Shown: positions 37,101 through 46,873 of the stretch, piece by piece | Layout of the letters: each line of letters opens with the position of its first letter | Position numbering within the stretch: the stretch's first letter is position 1 | From: Promethearchaeota archaeon | Lineage (GTDB): Archaea; Asgardarchaeota; Lokiarchaeia; Sigyniarchaeales; SOKP01 | DNA length: 55,902 bases | Assembly (NCBI GenBank): GCA_048938025.1 | Contig: JBHLMP010000016.1 | Location: 3,428 to 59,329, forward strand | Direction: 5' to 3' | The notes under the pieces: model-generated | What the model saw: only the letters and a program-made list of their open reading frames with translations | Told to the model about the DNA's origin: nothing | Databases searched by the model: none | Translations under genes and position numbers: made by a program

Positions 37101-38375
37101 GTGATTGATTTGACTACCTATTGGGCACCATTACTTCACATTTATCAACCTCCCACTCAAGATCTTAATGTTTTAAAAAAAATAGATAAGGAATGCTATA
37201 AACCGCTGTTCTCCATAATTGATGAACATGAAAATGCCAAATTTTGCTTAAATCTTAATGGAGTTCTTATTGAATTGCTTTATGAATATGGATTAGGTGA
37301 TACTATGGATTTAATAAAGAATTTAGTTGCAGAAAATAAAATAGAAATTCTTGGAACAGCAAAATTTCACCCTATCCTTCCTTTAATACCAAGAAAGGAA
37401 GCTCAACATCAGATACAAATGAATGAAGAAATTAATAGAAAAGAATTCGGTCGTTGGGAAAGAAAAGGTTTTTTTCCGCCAGAACTAGCAATCTCAGGAG
37501 GGGTTGCTAAATTCATACGAGATTTAGGTTATAAATGGGTGATTGTAAGTGGAATTGCTTGTCCTATTGAGTGGCCATATGATAGGATATATAAATCTCC
37601 AAATGGGTTACAGCTTTTTTTTAGAGATGAAATTTTGAGTAACAAAATCGCTTTTAAGTCTATTAGTACTAAGGAATTCGTTAAGGATTTAAATATTATG
37701 TATAAAGATAAAAAACAGGATTCTGAAAATAATACTTATATAATTACGGCTATGGATGGTGAAACCTTTGGATATCATATAAAAAATTACGAGAAGACTT
37801 TTTTAGGTAAAATTCTAGACATAATTAGTAAGAATAATGATATTGAATCAGTGTTTATTTCTGATTTGGATAAATACTTTCCTATTGCAGAGAAAAGAAT
37901 TGTCCCAAAGGAGTCAAGTTGGAGTACTACTATTGAAGATATAAAATTAGGTATTCCGTATCCTTTATGGAACCATCCCGATAACAACATTCATAAATAT
38001 TATTGGAAAATCATGCGAAGTATGAATAACCTTATTGATTTAGTAGATGATCTCGATATAACTCAAAATTGGGAAATTGAACATTATTATACAACAGCTC
38101 GGTGGTTCTATGATAGATGTCTTTATTCTTGTCCTACTTGGTGGGCAAATCCAGAAAAAGGGATGTGGAGTCCTAATTTAATATATAAAGGCGTAGAACT
38201 TATAATGAAGGCGGCGCTTAATGCTCAAATTGCTTTAGTTTATGCCGGCAAGTCTGATTTAGGAGAGGGTTATTTTGACTCAATCACATATTATCAGGGA
38301 TTATTGTTAATGGAATTATATAAGATAACTAAAAATAAATTGAAAATACATACTGAGAAAAAGAATAATGAATAA
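37101..38375 (+). CDS. glycoside hydrolase family 57 protein
   Basis: HIYQP, CYKP, HPILPL, FFPPE nucleophile, MDGETFGYH acid/base. Confidence 0.88.
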   Translation: MIDLTTYWAPLLHIYQPPTQDLNVLKKIDKECYKPLFSIIDEHENAKFCLNLNGVLIELLYEYGLGDTMDLIKNLVAENKIEILGTAKFHPILPLIPRKEAQHQIQMNEEINRKEFGRWERKGFFPPELAISGGVAKFIRDLGYKWVIVSGIACPIEWPYDRIYKSPNGLQLFFRDEILSNKIAFKSISTKEFVKDLNIMYKDKKQDSENNTYIITAMDGETFGYHIKNYEKTFLGKILDIISKNNDIESVFISDLDKYFPIAEKRIVPKESSWSTTIEDIKLGIPYPLWNHPDNNIHKYYWKIMRSMNNLIDLVDDLDITQNWEIEHYYTTARWFYDRCLYSCPTWWANPEKGMWSPNLIYKGVELIMKAALNAQIALVYAGKSDLGEGYFDSITYYQGLLLMELYKITKNKLKIHTEKKNNE

Positions 38376-38383
38376 TTGGAATC

Positions 38384-38764
38384 TTATTTATTGATTAGTT
38401 GATTTAATATTTCATTCCAATGATCTAAATTGCGTACATACCAAGCAGCTGAATCAACTTCATTATTCTCATTCTTGAATATTACTTTTAAAAGTGGTTT
38501 AAACACAGATCTATGCATGTGTGATTTTGAGTTTGTAATTTCAATGATAGATTTAATAGGAATCAATAGCTCTTTTTTTGGTTTCCACATTTCAAAAAAT
38601 AACTCTTCTTCTGTGAGAATTAAAACCCCATTTCCACGTACTTTCAATACTCCTAAGGATTCTTGTCCAAAAAAATTAGACATTTCATCAATGATTAGAA
38701 CATTTTTATCATTATATTTCTCTGATATTTCATGAATTCGTTTTTCAAAAATTTTTTTTAACAT
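38384..38764 (-). CDS. stand-alone PH/GRAM-like domain protein
   Basis: GNGVLILTEEELFF..IPIKSI..LKVIF beta sandwich plus C-terminal Trp helix. Confidence 0.6.
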   Translation of the reverse strand: MLKKIFEKRIHEISEKYNDKNVLIIDEMSNFFGQESLGVLKVRGNGVLILTEEELFFEMWKPKKELLIPIKSIIEITNSKSHMHRSVFKPLLKVIFKNENNEVDSAAWYVRNLDHWNEILNQLINK

Positions 38765-38922
38765 ATTTCTTCCCTTCTTTCCTTATTCTACTCCTTTTAG
38801 TTATTTAATATATAAACATAAATTATATAATTCTTAGTTTATATATTTTACAAAATAAAATAAAGAAAAAATATTTTTATTAGATTTTATTGTTGATTTA
38901 ATCTTTCTGAATACAGTAAATA

Positions 38923-40002
38923 ATGTCTGAAGATAACGAGAAGAAAGTAAAATATTGTGTCTTTTGCGGTGCCAGTATAGAAGAAGAAAGAATTTATTGC
39001 CCTAATTGTGGTAAGTTAGTTGTGAAAATAAAACCTGAAAAAAAACAAGTTAAACAGCATATTGTAGGAGCACCTGTTATTCGTGAGAAAATACAAATTA
39101 CTCGTAAATGTTCTGGTTGTGGTTCTATAATTACATCTAGTGTTTTAGATCAATGTCCAATATGTAATACTATGTTAGAGAAGATACCTGAGCAAAAAAA
39201 ATTAATGATTCAAAAGAAACCTGGTTTAGTTTTTACTAATAAAAAATTTGAAATTGAACAAAAATTCATATTAAAGAAAGATAAATGGAATTTGAAAGAA
39301 GGTATTAACCTTTTTGGAAATTGCTTATATATTTTAATCATCGTTTATTTTCTAATTTATACAATTATAGCGTTTCAAGTAGAATCTACTGATATAGAGC
39401 TCAATATGAGCATTATTCTATTAAGTCAAATTCCTGAATTATTATTTGGTATATATCCTTTATGGTATATCTATTCCAAAAAACATAGTTATAAAAAATT
39501 AGGCTTAATTTCAGAATCTAAAAAATTTCTATTTGCACTGTTAATTGGTGTTTTAGGTGGATTATGTTTATTCCTAATTAATTATTTTTCAGGTTATTTA
39601 ATTAAGATTATATCTGATGCGGGTCTAGATTTTTTTAAAATAAAAGAAAAAATTGATGAACAAAATTCAATTATACAAAATGCTGATTTTCTATTAATTG
39701 CATTACTTACAATTCTTTTAAGCTTAGGTGGTTTTTCAACTGAAATTGTATTTAGAGGAGTTCTACATAACACCCTAAAAGAGAGATTTAGGAATGAGTT
39801 TAAAGTTATTCTTTTTGTTGCATTGATATATTCTGTTGTAATGTTATTATTTTCTTTTCCTATAGGATTAGGGTATTTTTTCGTAAATTTTATAATCTTC
39901 ACGATTTTAGGATTATTATATGAAATAAACAATAATTTATACAATACAATTATAGCAAGTGTTTTTTACAATCTTCTAATGGTAATTTTTCTAGTCCTTT
40001 AA
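38923..40002 (+). CDS. zinc-ribbon + degenerate CPBP (Abi/Rce1) membrane protein
   Basis: Four CxxC pairs, TM region with TEIVFRG; catalytic His residues absent. Confidence 0.7.
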   Translation: MSEDNEKKVKYCVFCGASIEEERIYCPNCGKLVVKIKPEKKQVKQHIVGAPVIREKIQITRKCSGCGSIITSSVLDQCPICNTMLEKIPEQKKLMIQKKPGLVFTNKKFEIEQKFILKKDKWNLKEGINLFGNCLYILIIVYFLIYTIIAFQVESTDIELNMSIILLSQIPELLFGIYPLWYIYSKKHSYKKLGLISESKKFLFALLIGVLGGLCLFLINYFSGYLIKIISDAGLDFFKIKEKIDEQNSIIQNADFLLIALLTILLSLGGFSTEIVFRGVLHNTLKERFRNEFKVILFVALIYSVVMLLFSFPIGLGYFFVNFIIFTILGLLYEINNNLYNTIIASVFYNLLMVIFLVL

Positions 40003-40130
40003 AAGAAGTATTCATTATCCCTTAAATATAAAATTTTAATAATAAAAAAATTAATAAACTCTAGTGTTATTATTTAAGACCATAACTATACCTATTAGGA
40101 TATAATCTTCGCAGTTTGGAGTAAAAAAGA

Positions 40131-40841
40131 TTGAGCAAAAGAATTTATAGAAATAAAACCAGTAAAGACAATATTATTATCTCTATTGCAGGAGCACATG
40201 GAGTTGGTAAAACCTCTATATTTAATCTTCTTAAAAAAAAAGTTTTAGATGATAATAAATTTAAATTTTTCCCAGAAAGATATGTAAAAAATCCTCCTTT
40301 TCCCTTTGGTTCTTCAGATAAGCAAATTGGATTTAGAAGTGAACTTCATTTTCTTCAACAATTAATTAGAAGAAATCAAAGTATCGTGAATTATGATAAT
40401 CGATATAATGGTAGAGTAATATTTTTAGACAGAACACCTCTGTGTGTATTAATATACTCTAAAAGTTTAAATTTAAAAGAAAAAGACTATAAGCTTATTT
40501 TAGATACCTATAACTCTATCAAATGGAAAGAGGATTATATAATTTATTTATATGCTAATCCAAATACAATTTTACGACGTATAATTCAAAGAGGATCAAT
40601 TGAAGCTATTAGATTAGAATGGAATGAAGCTGATAAAGAATACCTTATCAAAATTCTTTCTTATTATAATCAATTTTTATCAAAAAAACAAAATGTTTTC
40701 AAAATAGACACAGAAAACTTAACTGTTGAGGATGTAATCGACAAAATAAAGATAATTATAACGGATTTATCAGGGTATTCTTTTGATAAGCTAGAAAAAT
40801 CTGTAACAACTCAAATGAATTTAAATAAGTTTTTAAAATGA
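40131..40841 (+). CDS. deoxynucleoside/thymidylate kinase-like P-loop protein
   Basis: GAHGVGKTS, FPE, FLDRT, lid RIIQRG. Confidence 0.75.
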   Translation: MSKRIYRNKTSKDNIIISIAGAHGVGKTSIFNLLKKKVLDDNKFKFFPERYVKNPPFPFGSSDKQIGFRSELHFLQQLIRRNQSIVNYDNRYNGRVIFLDRTPLCVLIYSKSLNLKEKDYKLILDTYNSIKWKEDYIIYLYANPNTILRRIIQRGSIEAIRLEWNEADKEYLIKILSYYNQFLSKKQNVFKIDTENLTVEDVIDKIKIIITDLSGYSFDKLEKSVTTQMNLNKFLK

Positions 40842-40926
40842 AATAGTGATAAAATATATTAAAATAAACTTGCTATTAATACATAAAATCATAAAAAATA
40901 ATACTTTTCAATAGGAAGTTAACTTA

Positions 40927-41901
40927 GTGAAGGTAAAAATGTCATCAATCGCGGAAGATCTCAGAAAAAAAATGATGTTTGTTTTAAAAGAAGAAGAAGA
41001 GAAAACAGATTTAGAAAATCTTGCCGTTTTATCTAGAGTAGGAATGAAGGTTGCAAGTGCTATCTCATCAGAATTAGATGCTGATGCAACTTCTGCCTCT
41101 AGTACTGCACTTATTGATTTAGGATTACGATTAAATCAAGCTACTGTTCATGGGGCATTAACAGAAATTATATTACACAATAAAGCGGGATATAGTATCT
41201 TGATGGCAATTAATGATGAATACATTGTATTTGGGGGATTAAGAAAAAGTTATAGAATTGGATTTTATCTAGGATATTTACGCGAATTAGCTAGAAAATT
41301 AAATAGATTACTATCTGGAGATAAAGAAACTGAAATGACACTTTCCTTAGAAAAACCGGAAGTTGAGAAAATAAAGCCTGAAAAAGTTGAAGCAGAACCA
41401 GAAATTCTAAAAATTCCTTCAGTTGAACAAGACAAGGAAGCTTTAAGTGATTTATTAGGATTTTTGGATGATTGGGAAAAAGAAGGAGAAGAATTCGAGG
41501 AACTAGAAGCAGAAAGTGTCGATCATATAGTAACAATTCCAAAATCAGTTGGGTTAGATTTTGACAAAGAAGTTAAGCACATATCCGAAGAAATGCCCAC
41601 TGATACTTTAATATCAAAAGATCAAACTCAATTTAAAGTGTATAATGATGAAATACCTCCAGTTCCACTTGAGGATTATACTCCAATGGAAATTGAAGAA
41701 GAACCGGTATTAAAAGAAAGAGCAATTACAGAAGAAATGCCTCCTCTCGATAAATTACCTTCATTTGAAGATTTGGCCCCTCCTGATTTTGACTCGGGGT
41801 ATGAGGCCACTGAATATGACACGGAATTTATTTTAGAAGAAGAATCTGGAGCGATAGATTCTATATTAAAAGATCTCGGTTGGGATGAAGAAGAGGACTA
41901 A
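40927..41901 (+). CDS. roadblock/LC7 protein with long acidic disordered tail
   Basis: LAVLSRVGMKVAS..ATSASSTAL..EIILH..GY..IGFYLG roadblock, then about 190 aa rich in E/D/P. Confidence 0.75.
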   Translation: MKVKMSSIAEDLRKKMMFVLKEEEEKTDLENLAVLSRVGMKVASAISSELDADATSASSTALIDLGLRLNQATVHGALTEIILHNKAGYSILMAINDEYIVFGGLRKSYRIGFYLGYLRELARKLNRLLSGDKETEMTLSLEKPEVEKIKPEKVEAEPEILKIPSVEQDKEALSDLLGFLDDWEKEGEEFEELEAESVDHIVTIPKSVGLDFDKEVKHISEEMPTDTLISKDQTQFKVYNDEIPPVPLEDYTPMEIEEEPVLKERAITEEMPPLDKLPSFEDLAPPDFDSGYEATEYDTEFILEEESGAIDSILKDLGWDEEED

Positions 41902-42054
41902 AAGAGTTTTTTAAAACTTCAATTACTATTTCGTATTTTGTTAAGTTCTCGCTTATATACTTATTTTTGATAAACTTTTATATTAATTCATTGTTAATCT
42001 ATATTTAAATAAAATTTATCTAAAACGTATTAAATACTTAATTCGTGAATTAGA

Positions 42055-43434
42055 ATGAGCGAATCAGATGAGATAGTGAGGGAAAGAACTAGTAATTTTA
42101 GAAAAATTCTCTTTGGATCACCAAGATTAGGGACATCAATTGTACTTGGTATCGAAGGATGGGCTTTATTTACTCTCTATACTTCCGGCTATAGATTACC
42201 TCCATTTCAAGCTGGTTTCATAATTTGTATGGGCTATTTGACTATTGCCCTGTCCCAGTTTTTATTTGGATGGCTAAGTGATGCTAAATATACACGTTGG
42301 GGGCGTAGAAAACCATTTATCATAATATTTGCCCCAATCTTAGGATTGTCCACCATTTTCTTATTGTTACCTGGTGCTATGATTGACCTTAATGATAAAA
42401 AAATCCTATTTATATGGATGTTAGTATGGGAGATTCTATTTAGGTTTTCTTACTCTGTTACTACCCCTTACCAGGCGTGGATGGCAGAAGAATTTCCAGT
42501 AGAAGAAAGACCTAAAGTTTCTCAATTTCAAAACACTTTCAATTACATAGGAAATGGAATTATGGCTCTTTTTTCATTACTTATACTAACAAGTTATGTA
42601 GATGATTTAAAAGAAGCTTATATATCAACTTTGAACCTAAATATCGATATTCCATTAGATCTAAGTATTCCAATAATAATTTTCGGAATTTTGACAATTG
42701 TATTATTTTACATTATTGCTTTTAAAATGCCAACAGAGCCACATTACAAAATAGAATCAAATCTTATTGAAAATCTAAAAACTATTGTTAAAAACAGGAA
42801 TTTTATGTTCATTGTTCTTATGGTAGGAATCAGTGGATTAGGTTGGTCAATGATAACAACCGCTATGTTAAAATATCTTGTTGATGCTTTAAATTTGAGT
42901 GATACTGATTATATCATTGCAGCAGTTTCCTTGTTACTAACAATTTTCATATTTTTATATCTCTGGAGAAGAACCATTCAAAAAATTGGTAAAAAACAAG
43001 CTCTGTTATACGTTTTTCTTCTTGCTATAATATTTCTTCCTATTACCCTTTTCGGATTTTTAGAAATGGAGAGTTATTTAATTTTGGGAATTATATTCAT
43101 TGTAGGGATTGGTGCTATCTTGGGAGGGTGGTATTTGTTCCCATATATTGTCTATGCTGATGTTGCTGAAGATGATGAAAAATTAACTGGGGAATTAAAA
43201 GCAGGAATATATTCAGGATTTCCTTCTATCATTCTTAACCTTTTTCAAGCATGTGGTGCATTTTTCATTGGAGCTATATTATCTTTACCTGAATTAACAA
43301 GAGATGGAGCAGAACCATATGAATTCTCAATTGGGCTACTCATATTCGGACCAATTGTTTCAGTTATATTGCTTATTTCTTATTTCTATACGAGGAAATA
43401 TGTCCGACTAGATTTTGAATGGGAAAAAAAATAA
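42055..43434 (+). CDS. MFS transporter (GPH/MFS_2 sugar-cation symporter-like)
   Basis: GWLSD..TRWGRRKPF, PYQA, YADVAEDDE..G..AGIY. Confidence 0.85.
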   Translation: MSESDEIVRERTSNFRKILFGSPRLGTSIVLGIEGWALFTLYTSGYRLPPFQAGFIICMGYLTIALSQFLFGWLSDAKYTRWGRRKPFIIIFAPILGLSTIFLLLPGAMIDLNDKKILFIWMLVWEILFRFSYSVTTPYQAWMAEEFPVEERPKVSQFQNTFNYIGNGIMALFSLLILTSYVDDLKEAYISTLNLNIDIPLDLSIPIIIFGILTIVLFYIIAFKMPTEPHYKIESNLIENLKTIVKNRNFMFIVLMVGISGLGWSMITTAMLKYLVDALNLSDTDYIIAAVSLLLTIFIFLYLWRRTIQKIGKKQALLYVFLLAIIFLPITLFGFLEMESYLILGIIFIVGIGAILGGWYLFPYIVYADVAEDDEKLTGELKAGIYSGFPSIILNLFQACGAFFIGAILSLPELTRDGAEPYEFSIGLLIFGPIVSVILLISYFYTRKYVRLDFEWEKK

Positions 43435-43514
43435 ATTAGGATCTAATTTTTAAACTTTTTTTTTAAATTTTTTTTAGAAGTTAAAAATAAAAAATAAAGA
43501 TGGCACTTTAAAAC

Positions 43515-43748
43515 TTAATATCTTCTGTCTTTACTTGTTACTCTTACATTAAGTGCTTCAGGACCTTTGCCTTCTTTTGATTCGTTTATTTCAAACTCTA
43601 CCTCGTCTCCTTGTTCTAGTTTACGAAATCCGTCCATATTTATGTTCGAGAAATGCACAAATACGTCCTCTTGTTCATCTTCACTATCCATTGTAATAAA
43701 ACCATAGCCTTTTTTATTGGAAAACCATTTAACGTATCCTTTTACCAA
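43515..43748 (-). CDS. cspA: cold-shock domain protein
   Basis: GYVKWF, KGYGFI (RNP1), DVFVHFS (RNP2), KGPEALNV. Confidence 0.92.
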   Translation of the reverse strand: MVKGYVKWFSNKKGYGFITMDSEDEQEDVFVHFSNINMDGFRKLEQGDEVEFEINESKEGKGPEALNVRVTSKDRRY

Positions 43749-43889
43749 ATGAAATCACATTATCAATAATACTATAGGAAACTAAATAATGAAATTAAAT
43801 AGAAAAATAAATTTTTAATTTTAAAGTTTTTTTAATGAATTTTCTTTACTTGAATAAAATCAATAAGCAGTGGATTATTAATTTTAATA

Positions 43890-45251
43890 ATGATGATCTT
43901 CCATAAAGTTCTTGAAATTTATTCGAAGTACTACATTTGTCTTCATTGTGTAGGGCGTATGTTTTCTTTACTAGGTACAAGTACAACGAATAAAAAAAGA
44001 GGATATTCTTTATTACTTTCATTAACTATGGAAAACCATCATAAATATTTATCCAATAATGATGATCAACAAGAAGAAGCATTGAAGCATTTAAAAATCC
44101 TAGCTGAAAACGCTCATTTTCTACCCGCTCAAAAAGTTCTGGAAAATGAAGGACTTGAGTTTTCAGAGAAACACCAATATCAAGCTTGCCACTTGTGTCA
44201 TGATATATTTTCCAATATTGATAATTATGTAAATGAAGCGAAAGATAAACTTAAAGGGATTGAATTTAATAATTTCTTGGTCGGGTCAAGTCCAGATTCA
44301 CAGATAATTAATAACGAAGATAAATTTAAGACTGAATTTAACCTCTTAGAAGCAGAAGCTTTTAAAAGTCATTTCAATCGTGTTATTGGAAAAAAATTAA
44401 TGGTTATGCTAAAAAAGCCTCCCGAATTTAATAACCCGGATGTTTTAATTATATATTCTTTGAGTTTTGATTCTTTTAAAATAGATATAATAATTAAATC
44501 GCTTTTTATTTACGGGACATATAATAAATTGATAAGAGGAGTCCCACAAACTCATTGGTTCTGCAAAAATTGTCTGGGAAAAGGATGTGAACAATGTAAT
44601 TTCACTGGAAAGCAATATTTAACTAGTGTAGAGGAATTAATTAGTCCTGAATTTGTCAAGGAATCGGAAGCTACTGATTCTAAATTTCATGGAGCTGGAA
44701 GAGAAGATATTGATGTAAAAATGCTAGGTACTGGAAGGCCATTCATTCTTGAATTAAGAAATCCAAAAGTTAGGAACTTAAATTTAGGAGATATAGAAAA
44801 AATAATTAATAAATCTCTTAAAAAAAAAGTAAAAGTTTCTAATTTAAAATATAGTAATAAAAGAGAAGTTATTAAACTTAAAGCTGAATCAAAAAATACA
44901 AAAAAAACATATAAGGCAGTAGTCCAAGTGCAAAATAGGATTACTAAAGAATTTTTTGAAGAAAAACTAAGAAAATTGAAAACGATCTTTGAAAATCAAA
45001 AAATACATCAAAGAACACCAATTAGAGTTTCTCATCGTCGTGCTGATAAGGTTAGAAAAAAAATTATCTATAAAATAACGGGAAAATATATTAAATCAAA
45101 TTTATTTGAATTTACTATTGAAACACAAGGGGGTACATATATTAAAGAGCTTATTAATGGTGATCAAGGGCGAACATCTCCATCTTTTTCAGAAGTTTTT
45201 GAGCTTTCTTTAGTTTGTAAAGAGTTAGATGTATTTAACATCTCACTTTAG
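43890..45251 (+). CDS. pus10: tRNA pseudouridine(54/55) synthase Pus10
   Basis: FHGAGREDIDVKMLGTGRPF, QRTPIRVSHRRAD, GGTYIKEL. Confidence 0.95.
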   Translation: MMIFHKVLEIYSKYYICLHCVGRMFSLLGTSTTNKKRGYSLLLSLTMENHHKYLSNNDDQQEEALKHLKILAENAHFLPAQKVLENEGLEFSEKHQYQACHLCHDIFSNIDNYVNEAKDKLKGIEFNNFLVGSSPDSQIINNEDKFKTEFNLLEAEAFKSHFNRVIGKKLMVMLKKPPEFNNPDVLIIYSLSFDSFKIDIIIKSLFIYGTYNKLIRGVPQTHWFCKNCLGKGCEQCNFTGKQYLTSVEELISPEFVKESEATDSKFHGAGREDIDVKMLGTGRPFILELRNPKVRNLNLGDIEKIINKSLKKKVKVSNLKYSNKREVIKLKAESKNTKKTYKAVVQVQNRITKEFFEEKLRKLKTIFENQKIHQRTPIRVSHRRADKVRKKIIYKITGKYIKSNLFEFTIETQGGTYIKELINGDQGRTSPSFSEVFELSLVCKELDVFNISL

Positions 45252-45364
45252 AACTCCTTTTACAATAACTAATACATTTAAAATAAAAAAATAAATAAAC
45301 AATTATTCATAATTCTACTAAATTAATTGAGTAATTTTAACAATAATTATAAAGGTGAACCCTA

Positions 45365-45679
45365 ATCACAAAACACCATGGATATCGAAAAAAGTCTAGA
45401 CACAAACATAAGAAAAATGTTCGAAACAGAGGATTAGGATCAGTTGAAAAATACTTAATTGATTATAAGATTAACGATAAAGTTGATATAATAACTGATC
45501 CATCTGTTCATCGCCGTGGAATGCCACATTCCAGATTCCATGGACGTACTGGCACAATAACAGGACAAAGAGGGCGTTGTTATTTAGTCGAAGTAAAATT
45601 AGGGAAATCCTTGAAAACATTAATAATTGGAAGAGAACACTTAAGGTTAAATAGCGTTTCTATTAAAGCAAAAGAATAA
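45365..45679 (+). CDS. rpl21e: 50S ribosomal protein L21e (104 aa), not in ORF track
   Basis: (M)TKHHGYRKKSR...DKVDIITDPSVHRRGMPHSRFHGRTGTITGQRGRCY...EHL. Canonical position between pus10 and rpoF; apparent start ATC. Confidence 0.93.
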   Translation: MTKHHGYRKKSRHKHKKNVRNRGLGSVEKYLIDYKINDKVDIITDPSVHRRGMPHSRFHGRTGTITGQRGRCYLVEVKLGKSLKTLIIGREHLRLNSVSIKAKE

Positions 45680-45695
45680 GGATGAAGATGAAATA

Positions 45696-46061
45696 ATGTC
45701 TGGACGAAAAGTTGATGAAAAAATAGTTTCTATATCTGAAGTAAAAGATATTATGGAATATGTAAAAGAAAAGATATTAGAAGTTGATTCCGAAGAGGGG
45801 ATGTCACATTTTCAAGAAATAACTTATAATTACGTAAATAAATTTTCTAAAATACCAACAAAAATTGCGAATAAAATTATAAAATTTTTAGTAGATAAAT
45901 ATGATATTGAAGAAATTTACGCTATAAACGTTATAAATATTGATCCTAAATCTGTTCCAGAATTGCGGATGATTTTTGAAAAGTCTTATAACGGAAAAAC
46001 TTTAAATGATGATCAATTACAAGAGATTCTTTACCAGATCGAAGATATCAAAACATCATAA
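45696..46061 (+). CDS. rpoF: RNA polymerase subunit Rpo4 (F)
   Basis: YNYVNKFSK, AINVINIDP...ELR; conserved synteny. Confidence 0.85.
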   Translation: MSGRKVDEKIVSISEVKDIMEYVKEKILEVDSEEGMSHFQEITYNYVNKFSKIPTKIANKIIKFLVDKYDIEEIYAINVINIDPKSVPELRMIFEKSYNGKTLNDDQLQEILYQIEDIKTS

Positions 46062-46229
46062 CTAAAATCTTCACAAATATGAAATTTTTACACTAAGTTT
46101 TGAAATCCGAAGAATTTATAAATCTATGTTGTTTTAAATTTTAATGAATACTCTCTCAATATTAAGTACTTGTCAAAAAAATTTTTAGTATGATAAACGG
46201 AAAAGCAAAAATTAAAACAAAAAGTTATT

Positions 46230-46868
46230 ATGGAAAGAAGAGACCAATACAGAAGGACAGCTCGAAGAAAACCCTATCGAGGTCCAAGACAGAAAAAGCA
46301 ATTCATAAAGAGATTTCGAGATGTAGTAATCCTAGATTTATTACTACATGGTCATCCAGAGGAAGATAGGCCAAGTTGGGCAAAAACTCCGTTAGCTCAA
46401 GTACTTACATTTCCTGATTTTGTACTATATGAAGTTAAAGTTAATAAAAATTCTGATATAAAGGTACAAGAACAGAAAACTTATGAAGATTTCCTGAGGG
46501 AAGAAAAGTTAAAAGATGTTTTAAAAAAAATTGATTATAATGATTTAACTAATACCTCAAAAGCTTTAATTCTACCAATTCTAGAAAAGGAGGTATTAAA
46601 ATATGAGGAAGAATTTATAAATTTCTTCAATAATTCTACTTCAATTACTCCTAGAATGCACGCTTTAAAATTGTTACCTGGTATAGGACAGAAACATATG
46701 TGGGAAATTCTAGAGGCAAGAGAAAAACAAAAATTCACAAAATTTCAAGATATTGCAGATAGAACTAGTATATCAAATCCTGCTAAATTGATTGCCCAAA
46801 GAATTATTAAAGAACTTCAAAGGGATGCAAAATACTATCTTTTCAGCAAAACTCAAAAATATGAATAA
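46230..46868 (+). CDS. DUF655 putative RNA-binding protein
   Basis: FINFFN...ITPRMHALKLLPGIGQK, KYYLF; synteny. Confidence 0.9.
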   Translation: MERRDQYRRTARRKPYRGPRQKKQFIKRFRDVVILDLLLHGHPEEDRPSWAKTPLAQVLTFPDFVLYEVKVNKNSDIKVQEQKTYEDFLREEKLKDVLKKIDYNDLTNTSKALILPILEKEVLKYEEEFINFFNNSTSITPRMHALKLLPGIGQKHMWEILEAREKQKFTKFQDIADRTSISNPAKLIAQRIIKELQRDAKYYLFSKTQKYE

Positions 46869-46873
46869 ATATT

